A DNA stretch of 57,039 bases from Catajapyx aquilonaris (Eukaryota). The stretch is from assembly GCA_000934665.2 (NCBI GenBank), contig KZ538640.1, positions 1-57,039 on the forward strand. Direction: 5' to 3'. A program made the position numbers and the translations under genes. How positions within the stretch are numbered: the stretch's first letter is position 1; each line of letters starts with the position of its first letter. This document shows, piece after piece, positions 38,310 to 51,925 of the stretch. The notes under the pieces are model-generated. The model was not told the origin of the DNA. It saw only the letters and a list, made by a program, of their open reading frames with translations, and searched no databases.

Positions 38310-41036
38310 CAGTTACAGCTGATTATTATCTATTTATGTTGAAACACACTTCCAAGCACTACTGTACACAGTAATGTCAGACAGGTAATATAGCGAATGA
38401 ATCTCATTCTGCCATTTGAATTAAACCCCATGCGCAGCCCACAACCCAATTCTAGTTTATACAGTATATGCAGCCAGGGGACTGAATCCAGACCGATTCA
38501 GTCCCCTTTTCATTAGAGTCGTCAGTTAATTCGTTACCTTAGCCCAACATATTGCATAAAAAATAGCGCTTATCATGCGCAGAATACAGTACCTAAAAAT
38601 ATTAGCCTAAATATTTAACGTCTACATCAATATAGCATTATTTTAGTCAATAATTTAATATAATGCTGCATGATTGCAAAATGGTTAGCCTCGCTAGTCG
38701 CTATTCTTCCTAGATGGATTTGTGGAAAGACTTGAGTGATTTGTGGGAAGGCACTTAGATCATCACTAGAAGCCTAGAGCCCACTAGCCGACTCTTGACG
38801 TGAAAAGTCGCGAACAATAATGCTAAGCTTGTCATATCCCGCTATGGTTGTTTTTATATAGGGTTGACAGTCTTGACACAACGTGCTGTGCAGCATTAGT
38901 AGTCCCACAGCATACCGACTTAGGAAAGAAATCTTTATATGTCTGTTAGATCTTAGATGGCTTGCATGTGATTCTGGCATTAGGCCTGTTTCCAGAGACA
39001 CAATCTACAGTGTAGCACCTTTAGTTCAGAATTAAGATATCCCTCTTAAAACTGACTTATATGATATATGCGATCTTTACTACAAGATTTTACGTAATTT
39101 AATGTGGGTGTTTGTTTTAGGATGACCAACAGCACGCGAGTAGACAAAGCCTGGTATTTATTGCCTTGTGAAGTTATAAGCTTACTGTAGTGGACAGTGC
39201 CGTTCAGATAATCGATCTGCTGTCTGGCTACATGTAAATGTAAAATTGTGTTCTAATGTAGCATTCTGCAAGTTAAACATTATTCTCAATAGCGGTTTCA
39301 GGAGAATGCCCCATAGGCCTCCCAATATTTATGCAGTGTACAGTATAACTGCACATAATTATTAAACCTTTTCCGCACATAGAGTTCAAGATTACTACCA
39401 GTACTTTAAACATGTTTCAAAAATCTGTTATAGTCATTAGTAGCCTACCCATAGAACTGTACAATATACCCATTTGATTTATAGGGCCCATGCTACAATC
39501 TTCATTCTTGTAATTTTCCTACCCAGCATAAGTTTACGTATACATACAGTATACGTTATTTTCCTCATACATGTATGTGTACGCCTATATATCGAACATT
39601 TCTTGTGCATGGATTATAGGCCTATTTTATTCCGATACCGTATCTTTTATTTTCTTCCCGTCCTGATGAAATCCACTATTGATGATTCTTATATTTAAGA
39701 GATTATACACATAAATATTAGCCTACCCTTATGGTTAGACACTGAATACTAGTTTAAATACAGACGAGTCACCTTGAGTTTAAAATAGTTTGATATTGAA
39801 ACGTTCTATAACTATTAGTTCTAGTCATGCACTGTGCCAGTCGTATTTCCCGTTTGCAATTTCCCAACAAACAATGAGCACAAAACTCCTGATAACGCCC
39901 ATGAATTTATTTACTTCTGTCAGATATGTTATTAGACTGGCCAGTGACTAGGCCTGCAATACAGAATAAGTCTCCAGGCCAGGATGTAATCGAAGTCAAA
40001 ATGAGGTCCCTCTACTGTTCTGTTCCGTTTGCATTATTGCTGCAAATATTGACCACGTTCTGTGTAGCGATCGAGTCATGCTCGTTATTTGCACTGGTAC
40101 GGTAGCTGCACAGGTCAGGGGCCTTTGTCAAGCACGAGGTTTGCAAGCCATCTGTGGATGCTTTTTAGAAGCTGAACCCTGCAACGGTAGAGGATCGTAT
40201 CGACCTCCACCAAACTGGAAGTTAATTAATAGGCCTCAGGGCACACTCGATTCCATTGTTGTTCCATGGACCCGATTCTCAATATTTTGTACAGAGCATG
40301 CAAATAGTCGTTTTATATTACGCCCTACAGGATGGACTTGAGGTCCACTTACCCAAACATTTTCGATTATGCCCACGTTGTCTAAGTGGAAATTGGAGGC
40401 CAGATATGCACAAACTTTCGTGCGGGCGGACTAGTAATTTGGCTGCTGTATTTTCCTCCACTAACTTAGGCCACTTGGTGTAAACCGTAATGAGAATATA
40501 ATTTTTTCTTCGAGAGGTTGGGAAATGGTTTTCTGTCATTTTGATCAAGAAGGGATTTTTATTCATATCATGTATTTTTGGAAACAACTTCATAATTGTA
40601 CCATTACAGTCAAGATTACAGTATTTTCAATAGCAGATCTTTTGACAGAACCATGCCATCCCACGGGGTAGAGAGAGATATCAAATTATCGGGAGGCACT
40701 AATTCGTATGTCAAACTCTGGTCAAACTATACCAGTATACATCTCATAGGTGAACGTAGCTATAGAAAACTTCATTTATTTAATGATACCTCCAAATAAA
40801 ATTATTCACATGATGGTCAGCTGCATGACACTGCAGAACGCTCTCTAATAAAATATTAAATGGTCAGTAATAAATGAAGCCCTCGGGGGAAGAACGATCA
40901 AGGTCCACTTTTTGTCAAAAGTGAGCCATTTACATATCTCAGAAGATACTTTCACTAGTGCAGAATATGATGGTTTGGTCGTGGTTGTGGAGTAATGATC
41001 ATAGGTCACAATGGAAGGCCACGAAAGTGGGATTTA

Positions 41037-42270
41037 CGAGGGCGAATCACAAAGCAATTCACAACTTTTATTTCCGAAATTGCACAACAGAAACTGAGAT
41101 TATCATATGAAAGGGCAAGTTTTCCTCTAATTTTAGACATGGTCACCATACACATTGGTGCATTTGTCCCAGCAGGACACTATTTTTTTCCACGTCACTG
41201 CAGAAAAAAAGCGTCAAGATGGCTGGGAAGCCAGTAGTATAGATGGCCTCTTTCACTTCCCTCATGTTGCTGAAGTGCTGGTCGGCCAGGTGCCTCTTTA
41301 TTGGTACAATTAATGATGGTCTTAACCATGGCCTACCACCTACTCTACCGTCTCTTCGGACCGAAAAAGAAGCCTTGGCCTGTCAAGACCTCAGCGACAT
41401 CACGTAAATGTCTGGGAAGCAAGTGGCGGACAGTCTCTTTCATTTCCTCGATGTTGCTTGCTGAAGTCTTGACAGTCCAGGGCTTCTTTTTTGGTCCGAA
41501 GAGATGGTAGAGTAGGTAGACCATGGTTAAGACCATCATTTGGTACCAATGAAGAAGCACATGGCCCGTAAGCACTTCAGAGACAACGAGGAAGTGAACA
41601 GGCCGCCTAGCTTCCCAGCCATCCTGACGCTTTTTTCTGCAGTGACATGGAAAAAATAATGCCATGCTGGGACAAGTGCACCAAAGTGTATGGTGACTCT
41701 ACCGAAGCAGTAGTGGTGTAGTGGATATGGTGTCCGACTGCTAATCGGGAGGTCGTGGGTTCGAGTCCCGGAGGCCGGCGGTCCTGACCTTGGTTTTCTG
41801 TGGTTTTCCAAGGTCACCCCAGGGAAATCCCGGGATCGTACCGTTAAAGGGGCCACAGCCGCTTCCTTCCTTTCCCTGCGCGGTGTTCGGTTGGGAGCTT
41901 CCGGTCGCGCCTAGGGGGATTACTTAGCTTGGCCCCCTGAGGGGCTGCACACGGCCCCCACCACAGGACAATGCACTGCACCTTTGTTCCTCCCTCCCTA
42001 TCCCTTCCCTGTCCCTGCACCGGTGAGATTGAAAAGTATAGAAAATGGAGGAGATCTCCTCCCCCTTCATTGACCAATTGGACTCAAGGGGGAACCAAAA
42101 TAAATAAATAAAATAAATAAAAATAAAGTGCATGGTGACTATGACTAAAATTAAAGGAAGGCTTGCACTGTCCGTTGTACAGTATATCTCAGTTTGAAAG
42201 TTTCTGTTTCTGTTGTGAAGCTTCGTAAATTTTAAAAAGTTGTGAATTACTACTTTTTGATTCGTCCTCG
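41037..42270. mobile_element. mariner-derived fold-back element built from duplicated 3' ends
   Basis: TA|CGAGGGCGAATCA...TGATTCGTCCTCG|TA. Both arms carry the mariner C-terminus (PMKKHMARKHFRDNEEV../DAFFCSDMEKIMPCWDKCTKVYGDY). The element is interrupted by a SINE. Confidence 0.9.
41701..42124 (+). mobile_element. chimeric SINE (B head plus A-type tail), copy 2
   Basis: TSD AAAGTG(T/C)ATGGTGACT (41683-41698 and 42125-42140); (AAAT)n tail. Confidence 0.9.
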
Positions 42271-42689
42271 TATGATACAATTGAACCTTATGGGCCTTGG
42301 AAATTTAAAATTGGAATATCTCAGTTTCACCTGAGGTGGACCTTGAATGTGTTCAAATTGTATACATGGGTCTTGAGGTCACTCTATATCCAGGCTCCTA
42401 ATGTCCTGTCAAAATGTGCACTAATTTTCATTTAAAAGTAGGTGGCGGCAGTCAGAACTGGGCAGACAGGGTCAAACACTGCTCTTGTCATGTGCAGGCT
42501 ATGCACTTTGTGACTTATTGTTTCGTTGAAATTTTGGCAACTTAAACTAACGACACACCCTTGAGTCGCTGTATACTGGTGTAAGAAGTATGATTTATTG
42601 CCGTAGGCGACAGTTGCATTTGAACCTTTACATTTCTCTTCCAGCCAATAATAAAAGAACTTGGTGGGAAAAGCGCACAATAGACAATA

Positions 42690-43031
42690 CAGGTATACCG
42701 GTCTACCAACAGGGTTACGGTCCTGAAAATGTACATAAGTCGTACATAACTCGGATCCCTGAGCAACAGAGCCTAACGATACGGCTCCAACGAATCGCTG
42801 GCGTCATGGGTGTGTTTGTTTATAGTATATACATGGAAGAAGGTAGGCTAGTGGCCCAATTATTTATTTATTATACAGTATTTATGTTGAACTTGGTGTC
42901 GGTCAGCGTACACAGAAGTTATTGAAAGTGCAGGAATATATTACAAATCATCGTTATGGAGAGCTCGGGAGCCCGTTCGTAAGTATACGAATCGCAGTAA
43001 GTCGGGTCGTTCGTAACCCGGGGACTACCTG
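42690..43031. mobile_element. pogo/Tigger-type MITE, degenerate
   Basis: The right end is GTTCGTAACCCGGGGACTACCTG; the left is TA|CAGGTATACCGG...GGGTTACG. Repeated CGTAAGT motifs occur inside. Confidence 0.65.
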
Positions 43032-46000
43032 AACAGAAATATTTTGTCGCTTTTGGATCTATATAGGGATGCTCAAATATGATACTATACGTATATTCAC
43101 CAATTGCTACTGATTTTATTATACCCTGAAGTGTCATCATGTGTCAGCAGAATGAAAATAATTTAAGAATATAATTTAAAAATAACAGTGGCTATATTTT
43201 TATTCATTGCCAAAATTTTCTCCGTCGTTTCATTCAGCTTCGGTGTGCCTCTTTTAAAAATACAACTTAGATCCATTTTTCTAATTCAGGATAAACTTTT
43301 CAAATGACGTGCACCTTAACTATGCACACATTGATAATCTTACACCTGACGGCAAATCCTGGCCAGGTTCGGGGATTGCAATTAGGACCGCCGCGGTGGA
43401 AGCAGGGCTTAATCCCAACTTCTAAACCCGATAACCTCCGGTGTGCTTGGGTTTCTCACCTACAAGCACCTCATCTTGCTGCAGAGAGAAAACTTAAAGT
43501 GCAAGATCATTTCTTCTCGACTCCGTAGCATGATATTCATCCTGACCTTTCTAAGCCACCCTCGTTTCGAAGCCTCACTATCAGGATGAAATTATTTATA
43601 GCATATGGCAAGAAAAGAGCGTTATACTGTACTATTGACTATATTCTTAAAGTTGATAGAATATTGTTGCATGTTACATGCAGAAATAAGGGTTATCTCA
43701 GCATCACTATTTACGTGTTCCGCAGGTTAGCTATAGAGTAATAGGCCATGAGAAAATCTTAACCAGTACAAAATGCTACAATATGATATCACTATTTCCA
43801 AAAATAATCATTGTCGCTCCAAACGACGATGATGAGTGGAATTAGCTCAATTGCTGAGTCGATGAGAATGTAAGGAACCCAAGTCCACTTCACTTAATTT
43901 TACAGGGGAGGCAATAGAAAATAATTATGTTTTACAGTATTTACACTAAACAGATGGAAGTAGATTGTTTCCAACTTTTTCTGTCAATACCTTCAGACCT
44001 GATCAGTAATCACATTCTGAAAGCGATCTGGACAGTAGTGGACCTTATTCGGAGTAGGGTACCTTTTTAAAGTTGATGATTCCAATGCATCCCATGGGAA
44101 TTAAGACATAAATATACCACTCGCTTATAAAATGCCCCTTTATTGAAGGACATTTTATAAACCAATAGCAACATTTTGGAAATAGTTGGCCTTGCAACGT
44201 TCCTATCCTCATCGATCCAATTGAAATCCCGTTTCAGGTTGCCATTTTTTTCATGTTTTTAGCAATTAATCCACACTTTTATTGGCTCATTTAATTTGTG
44301 AGTTCCTAGATCATCCACCAGATGGCATCGTCGCCTAGTGCCTGGCTGGGCTTAACGATCCTCCCAACAGGCGGCGTTGGGTATCACTGCTACACTGTCC
44401 TGAATATTTCCCTCCCTTTTTTGGAACCACTGTACCAGCAATGTGTGCTTAGATTGTTGAGAGTACATTTGCATCAACACACGTTGATGATAGACCCAAT
44501 AATGAAAAGTGCTTTTGAAACAGCCTATTACAGGTGCCCTTCCCCCAAGGAATGAATCAGTACTCCTATCAATAGATCAATGTAGCGTATCCCATCTTTT
44601 CCTAGGTCCCCTTCCGCGCTAATGTCAATTAATTAGGCCGCCTTCAAGCATCATAAATATTTAAAATGAGCGGAAATGAATCCGGCTCTTAAGGCCCCGA
44701 GCTTTTGATCTCCCGACCGTTTTCAGCAGAGAGGAATGTAAAATATGAATGAAACGTAGTTCCGGTATAGGAACCTTCCAGAGGAAAACCTGTTCACTTT
44801 CATTCGCTATTTGTATTCGCGGGCTGTAACAAAAGCAGACTCACCGACATCGAAAATAGCATGCAATTTCTGCAATGAATGAAGGCCTTACGACTGGGAT
44901 TGAATGAAAATTTTCAACCCTCTTCCTTTTTTGCTGATCTGAACCGAGAGCTCTCTCGGCGCAAACTAAATTAGTCCAAAGAATTGGATTTGAATAAATG
45001 GTCGAACGTTAATTGATTCAATTAGACCCAAGGACCAAGCAGGAAACCTGGTGTTGAAGAAGATAATCTGTCAAGGCGCTTCCCATTGTTCTTTGGCCGT
45101 AATTAAATTCCAAAACTTTGGGCAAAGAATAGGGGCATTATTCCAGATTTTCCAGGGCTCTTTTCATTGCTTGCTTTCAAGACGGTAGGCGTGGGGCACG
45201 TGCTTCTCTTTTGACAAAATTGGATTTGACTGCAGGTCGCCTGTCCTTTGTCGGTTTAACAGTTACAAGTGACAAGATTCGTTATCGATTGGGTCTGTCA
45301 GCAGTAACAATGGCAACAACGGGCATGTTTAAACGGGTTAATTACTTTGGATCACTCTGGGGTTTGATGACAGCACGAGTGCGGTTAAGTTTTTGGGTAC
45401 TTTTGTAACATTATCATGATAGTATGCAAAATAGTTATATTAGCTTTGAAACGACGTCCATTGGTATTTTTCTACAAGGCAGTGCAACATATGAGCACCT
45501 AGGTTCTGTACATGCTCATTAAAGTCCCACATAATATCATCACTCTACAAAATATGCTATCATAGCAAAACGAGCTTTTTATATTAAAATTGACAGATAT
45601 TTATTTATTTATAATTACATTTCCATGATACATACCACCATATCACTGCCCTTCTGCCTGCGTCTCTGTAAAAGAGTTTGTGTCGCAATAAATTCTTAAC
45701 AAAATGAAAGTAAACTACGTAATTAACTCAGTTGATTTACATGCTCTCTCCTCATACACGTGCGTATAGTTGAGGGATGGAATGGACGAAACTAAATTTT
45801 TCATTCGATTACCTTTAGGGTCATTTCATTATGGAATATGGCAAGGAAAGCCTGACAGGAAGTGCGTACTTTTTGCCTCACCCTATATAAGACAACCATC
45901 CAGTATAATAAAGTACCAAAATATGTCATTTTTCTGTCTTCCGTTTCCACCTAACAGGAAGTTCTGACTAAACTCAATCAATAATGACACATCCTGAACT

Positions 46001-47580
46001 CGACATGCAAATGGTGTGTGAGTGAATGTCCCCGTGTACTTTCATGAAATTCTGTTTCTGCCCGCAAATTGGCCTCTTCCTCTACCCACATTGCTCTGTA
46101 TTGAGCAGAGGAAGCCAGCAGCCAGGTCTGGTGCCAATTCTCTCATCGCTTTCCTGTGTCGCTTGTCTCCAGAGAAGACAAGACTTATGCATAATGAACG
46201 CGAGGGGGACACAAGATTAGGTCTGAATAAGAAAAGGAGCAAGGGGAAGAGAAGAAGAGAGAGAAAAAAAGGTCGACGCATGTTTTTTTTTACTCGCTTG
46301 CGTGAGCAAAGCTTGGCGACGAGACCCACCAAAACAAAGGATATGGAACATGTCAAAAAAATTCCCCCATGATGTATATGTCAGAGTGTTCTATACGCTC
46401 TTTAAAATATGCGTTGCTTTTGGCTCAATTTGTTGATTTTTCATTTAATATTTGAGTCTGAATTTCCATTAATATTTCCAAGCTGAACATTTTCTAGTTC
46501 GTAATTTGAACTTAATTACGACTTAAATTATACGCATTTAATTCGTTGCACAAATTAGCGGACAAGGGGGTAACACAGATTGTTAAGCCCCGAGCCAAAA
46601 CCTGGGCCTGATTAGTAGAAGACAACCGCCTGCGGGTTGTCGCGATGTTACCAGCCTACCGAATCCAGAAATGAGGATATAAACGAATCCTGGGAAGGCA
46701 CCACGAATGATAATATCCTCGCTTTCCTCCGGAGCTTGAAGTATCGAACCAACTTTCATGGGGGAAAGAGGAAGGGGGGAAAAAACTGTAGAAGAGAAAT
46801 GTATTTCCGAACTCACGAAGTGGCCAGAAGCGCAGTACATGTACCCCCCCCCCCCCCCNCCCCCCCCTCTCTTGCTATCTCTCCCTCATGCCACACACCC
46901 AAATTGCATTTGAAATTCATCAAATGCCCTAATTGAGTGCTTGCGGTGTACGAGCGAACGAAGCTGCATCATCGGCTTCCGTTTCACTTTCTCTCGGAGG
47001 AAATCCAATTCCAGGCACATTTTCTCCGGATGTCTCGTCGAAGGCATCAGTCTGCAACAAATCATTCAGGGAGTCGAATACATCACTGCCAACGAATCAG
47101 GAGAAACCTGATCAGACCAATATGTTTGGCATACCACCGGAATGTTCGCACAGCTTTATTGCCATGTTCGTTGGAGCCTGCCATGCGAAACACCCATTTC
47201 TAGATGTGTTGGAAGATATTTTCGGTGCTGAAAAATAGTGAGGATATGATTTTTTTTTATAATTTATTGTTGTAGCGGTTGGCGTAGTGAGTGTGGGAAA
47301 ATATCAAGCAGGACAAACATTGAGGGTATGTGCGCGTGTTAATATTGGGCCGAAATATGGGAAATTACTATGGCTGAAGTGATGGGGACTTGCAGGCATG
47401 TGTGAATACTGAGAAGAATTATTTGGTGGGAAGCGGTGTGGGAGAAACAATCTGAAGCTGTGGGTACTGCTGACCTTAATGATGGCTGGGCTTCTCCTTG
47501 TTGTGCTATTCGAGGTGAACGGACGCCTCCTAGGTACAGTCAAATGTAACCAGTAGTTAGTTCGTTGTTGGCGATTTTTC

Positions 47581-47618
47581 AACAACAACAACAACAACAA
47601 CAACAATAATAATAATAA
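47581..47618. repeat. (AAC)n(AAT)n microsatellite
   Basis: Read directly. Confidence 0.9.
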
Positions 47619-48003
47619 TCCATTATGTTACCGTTACTACGTCATTACCAAAATTAATGATGTCAATTACTAGTATACATTGTGTATAGTCTGTACTAGT
47701 TGAAATGAACAGTTTAGTACAAAAAAGTCGCAAAAATCAGCGTCCCCCAAGCCAAGGAGGCATCGCCCTCCCCCAAAAGAAAGTTTATTTCATGTAGTAT
47801 ATTTTCACTTTTATGTCAAAACTATTCGGCGTGATAAATACTGTAAAGCATATTATTCTTTGAGCAAATAAGCTGATTTAAATTAACTATTTAATAATAC
47901 TAAATCTATAAAGAACACATCATTTGATTGAATCGCTGAATCAAATATTGCAAAAAATCAAATGTCAATATCAAAATTCGTGTCTGAGTAATACATTGTC
48001 TTA

Positions 48004-48376
48004 GGGGAGGTGTAGATGGCCGAGGTGGTAACGTCTCGACTTGCCGAGTGAAAGGCCCCAGGTTCGATCCCCGCCTGGGGAACTTTCCTTTCACCTGCGT
48101 CAGGAGGGTCTCTGACCTGCACCAAGGAGGTGTCTGGCAACCTAACCTCCTGGGGAACAGCACATGACCCATTAGCTACGACATTGCACCTTGCACCAAT
48201 GTTCCCTCCCCAAAAATCCCTATCCTCTCCCATTGTCCCTGTTTCCTTGCACCGGTGAATGAAGCAGAAAATATATATATATATACTGAAAACTGATGGT
48301 GGTATGCCACCCCCCTATAGCACCCATAAGGGTCATCACGGGGTAAACTAAATAAAAATAAAATAAAAATAAATAA
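48004..48376 (+). mobile_element. SINE type A, copy 4 (full length)
   Basis: 14 bp TSD AATACATTGTCTTA (47990-48003 and 48377-48390). Box A is TGGCCGAGGTGG and box B is GGTTCGATCCC. AGGCCCCAGGTTCGATCCCCG resembles the tRNA-Ala T-arm. Confidence 0.95.
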
Positions 48377-50321
48377 AATACATTGTCTTAGATGTTTCCT
48401 TTCATTTCACACATTCATATATAGCTATTATTTGTCACAAAAAGGCAAGTAGACACATTTACAGATTTCATGGCATGAGTTAATTAGTACTTGATGTAGC
48501 ACTAGGAAGCACAACAGTAGCCTACCTTGTGAGATTCAACTTGGACCTCGTTATAATCTTGTAAGGGCTAGCCCAACAGTAAGTGCTAGTCTGCTTATAA
48601 TGCCGTTTAAAATATTAATATGTGTACTTTCATTTTATTCCAAATTTGCACGATAAACCTACACTCCTATATAATTAGCATAACTTTCATTAAAGGCCAT
48701 CACGAGGTTCAAGATTCTTGTGAGTTGCCTGCACTTAAAAAATAATCGTGATATCTGTGGGAAATCGGCCGCGTATATTACTATATCTGTTGTAACCTAA
48801 ATCCCAAAGAAGTCCTGAAGTTCGTTCAATCTTTTTTCCCCAAATCACGCCATAATACTTTTCTATTCCCGCGAGATTTTTTCTTGGTTATCCCACTCAA
48901 ACCTTGTTTTTGAACGACGAGTGGTAAAAGCCTCGTGGATTTCAAATGTGATCCCGTGATTTGCAGTTTCATATTTCCAAGCACTCGATCTCGATTGAGT
49001 TTATACCAATTTTTTTAAATTTGTCCCGAATTTTCTGATTTTTACGAATACAGTGTATTTGTCAACTGTCACGTCATGTCCGGATATTAATTACTTGTTT
49101 AATTAGAAAAAATGATGCAACTCTTTGATAAGCTTGAGTTACATTACAAGTAATCGATGCATATATCTACTGTTATTTTTAAACATAAATATGGCAGATC
49201 GTAGTGGGAGAAAATGAGTTTTACTTTACTGCACAGATGATTGCAACCATTTCTATGATGCAACTTACCATGACTAGGTCTATACTCTGTTTCCTCTTTC
49301 TCTTTTGAAAGCTTGAAATCCAATGTGAACAAGCACCAAAAAAAAGGATGAGCCCCCGATTGAACACTAGTAGGTAGATCTACAGCTGTAAAGAAGGGGA
49401 AGGGAGGAGTGAAGGAAGAAGGAAAAAAAAGTAATTTGCATCATCTGCGACGTTTGAGAAGCTTTTCTTCCCCATCATCTCCCCCCCCCCCCCTTTACTT
49501 TTGTGCAGGGCTGGCCAAGAAATCCGGGCTTGGATAATTTTCACCAACCTGGAGAAGACATTCTTGGCTTTTGCCAGTCCCCTGACATCTCCCCTACCTC
49601 CTTCCCTCCTCTCCACCCTTGTCAATCTGAGGAGAAGCTTCTCTCTTCTTCTTTTCCTCCTCTTCCTTTCCTCCTCCTGCTGCTTTTCTCAGACCATTTC
49701 TCTCTCGCTCCTCTTTACCACAACATGTGCCACTGCTGCTCAGTAATAATGGAGTCCCGAGACTCGAGACACTGTGGATTTTGCCCTGTGGCAAAACTTG
49801 CCAGTCAAGCTCAGAGCTAAGGTGATTTTTTTTCCTCCTTTCGCAAGCGGAGAGTGATGTTTGCTTTCTAATCCAGATTCTTTTTTTTTGAGCTGGGCTC
49901 TAATGTTCATTAAGACCCTCCTAATAAAAAATTAAATTAATTAGGAAGGCTGAGCTATAAGCACCCAAGTATCAGGTTGCTACTCGTACTTGCACAGCAG
50001 CCCAGTAAAGTGGCACATAAATCAAATGAAATAAAAATATATTAAACTTCATAATTTATACTAGTATTGATCTATCCTAGTGTACGCGTATGGGTAAATG
50101 AGTATGTCGGTCAGTGTACGTATCTCACAGCGACACAACTTTTCAAGAGCAACATTCTTTCCTGGTTGTCTCTACCAGTCGTTGGAGTTTTAATATTTGT
50201 TTCCACAGTTTATGTCCAGTGGGCAGTTCATATATGATATCACGTTTTGTTTAATTGAAATAAGATTCTTACGCCACAGTCACAGTGCAAAAAAATACAA
50301 AATGCCTTTATTTGATCTCTC

Positions 50322-50338
50322 TATTATTATTATTATTA

Positions 50339-50400
<62 letters not shown>

Positions 50401-50448
50401 AATAATAATAATAATAATAATAGTAATAATAATAATAATAATAATAAT
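50322..50448. repeat. strand-switching microsatellite (ATT)n(AAT)n
   Basis: An (ATT) run switches to (AAT) at ~50397, making it self-complementary. Confidence 0.95.
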
Positions 50449-50621
50449 CCTGGGGTAGTGCTTTCACCCCCAAATGGGGGTATATCACACAGACCTTTAT
50501 TTTGATATTAGTACAGCTGGTGCCTATTCATTGAAGCGCCCGGCATAGCCCACACAATATCCAAAACTGAGATTTTACAGTTACAACACGGTGATCCCTC
50601 AAATGATGCAGAACAAAAGAG

Positions 50622-50730
50622 TCCCGCGTGTTAATTTGAATTCTCTGCCGACTTCTTCAACTCTCTGATAATTATTATTATTATCAGAGAGTTGAAGAAG
50701 TCGGCCGAGAATTCAAATTAACACGCGGGA
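50622..50730. repeat. near-perfect palindrome (~52 bp arms, 1 mismatch)
   Basis: TCCCGCGTGTTAATTTGAATTCTCTGCCGACTTCTTCAACTCTCTGATAAT pairs with its reverse complement across an ATT-rich loop. Confidence 0.95.
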
Positions 50731-51087
50731 GAGGCTGGAGGGGTTTTGGAGTAGGATTCTTCATTTAAACACTTTTAAATGTCTCACAGAGCTGAGCGTA
50801 TAAACAAAGGAAAGTATTACAATTTTCAAGTTCACACTACTTATGCAGTTTGGCAGAAGGCTTTTTTATTAAGGTACCGGTATTTAATCTTTATGGCAGC
50901 CTACAATGTCAAAATCAATAATTAAACTGGAATTTTCTGTAGCAGTTTTACCATTACTGGTAGGGCTACTGCATATGTAGGCCTATAACTTATTTACATT
51001 GTAAAATAGTACGGTATATGATTAGTAACCTATCCTGGCCCTCTTATTACCAGTAAGCGGTACAAAATAATGTCAGCAACACTTTGT

Positions 51088-51089
<2 letters not shown>

Positions 51090-51152
<63 letters not shown>

Positions 51153-51180
51153 GTTATTATTGTTATTATTATTATTATTA
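51090..51180. repeat. (ATT)n microsatellite
   Basis: Read directly. Confidence 0.95.
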
Positions 51181-51925
51181 GCAGTATTCATACCTTTTTC
51201 ACGATAAAATACTTAAAAATAGACCGCACCTTTAGGGAAGAAATCTTTCCTGCAAATTCGACTTGGAAACAAAAACCATGCTGAAGGGCATCTTTCCTTG
51301 CAAATCATATCCTGTTCTAAATATTTCACCGAACGTGCTAGAAGGCTAACATTCACCAGACTGCAAAGACGGGATACAAATTCTTCCATGCTATGGGCTA
51401 TATCGGCAGCGCCATTTTTTTAACTCTCCCGCATATCCTCCTTCTTTTTTTAAAAAAAAATCGACATATACTCTCATTTTTTACGCCTTATAACCACGGA
51501 GGTTAGACGTAGAACAGGTGGAGCAGAAATGGAGCGATATCATTTTTAAAGATGGAAGAGAGAGGTAGAGAGGGGTAGAGAGAGAGAGAGAGAGGGGATG
51601 TTCGCTTTTCTACAGAAACTCAATCGATGTCTAGATGGCAACAGAGCGGAATAATGCATTCCTGAAACACGGATAATGCGCAGCCGAACAGGTTCCTTGA
51701 AGTAGTCGTGAATTTTTTATGGCTACGGGTATAGGTTTGTGAGTGGAGAACAGAACTTATTTGTGTGAAAACAACACGATCTATTTCCGCTTTGTTGCAC
51801 TTAACGGCGGTATCAGACGCAACTATTTTTTAACTTTTATCCTGGCTAAATTGAGTTTATCAACAGTAATTGGATTCAACTAGGTGAGTTGTTTGGTACA
51901 AGAAATGTAGTTTAGCTTCTGACAT

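Noticed and set aside
46920..47240. Possible minus-strand exon after a TTTTTCAG acceptor
   Set aside because: All three frames stop within ~120 nt and there is no recognisable homology.
48004..48080. SINE heads as functional tRNA genes (also 21188 and 41701)
   Set aside because: There is no proper acceptor stem, and each continues into a SINE body with a tail and TSD.
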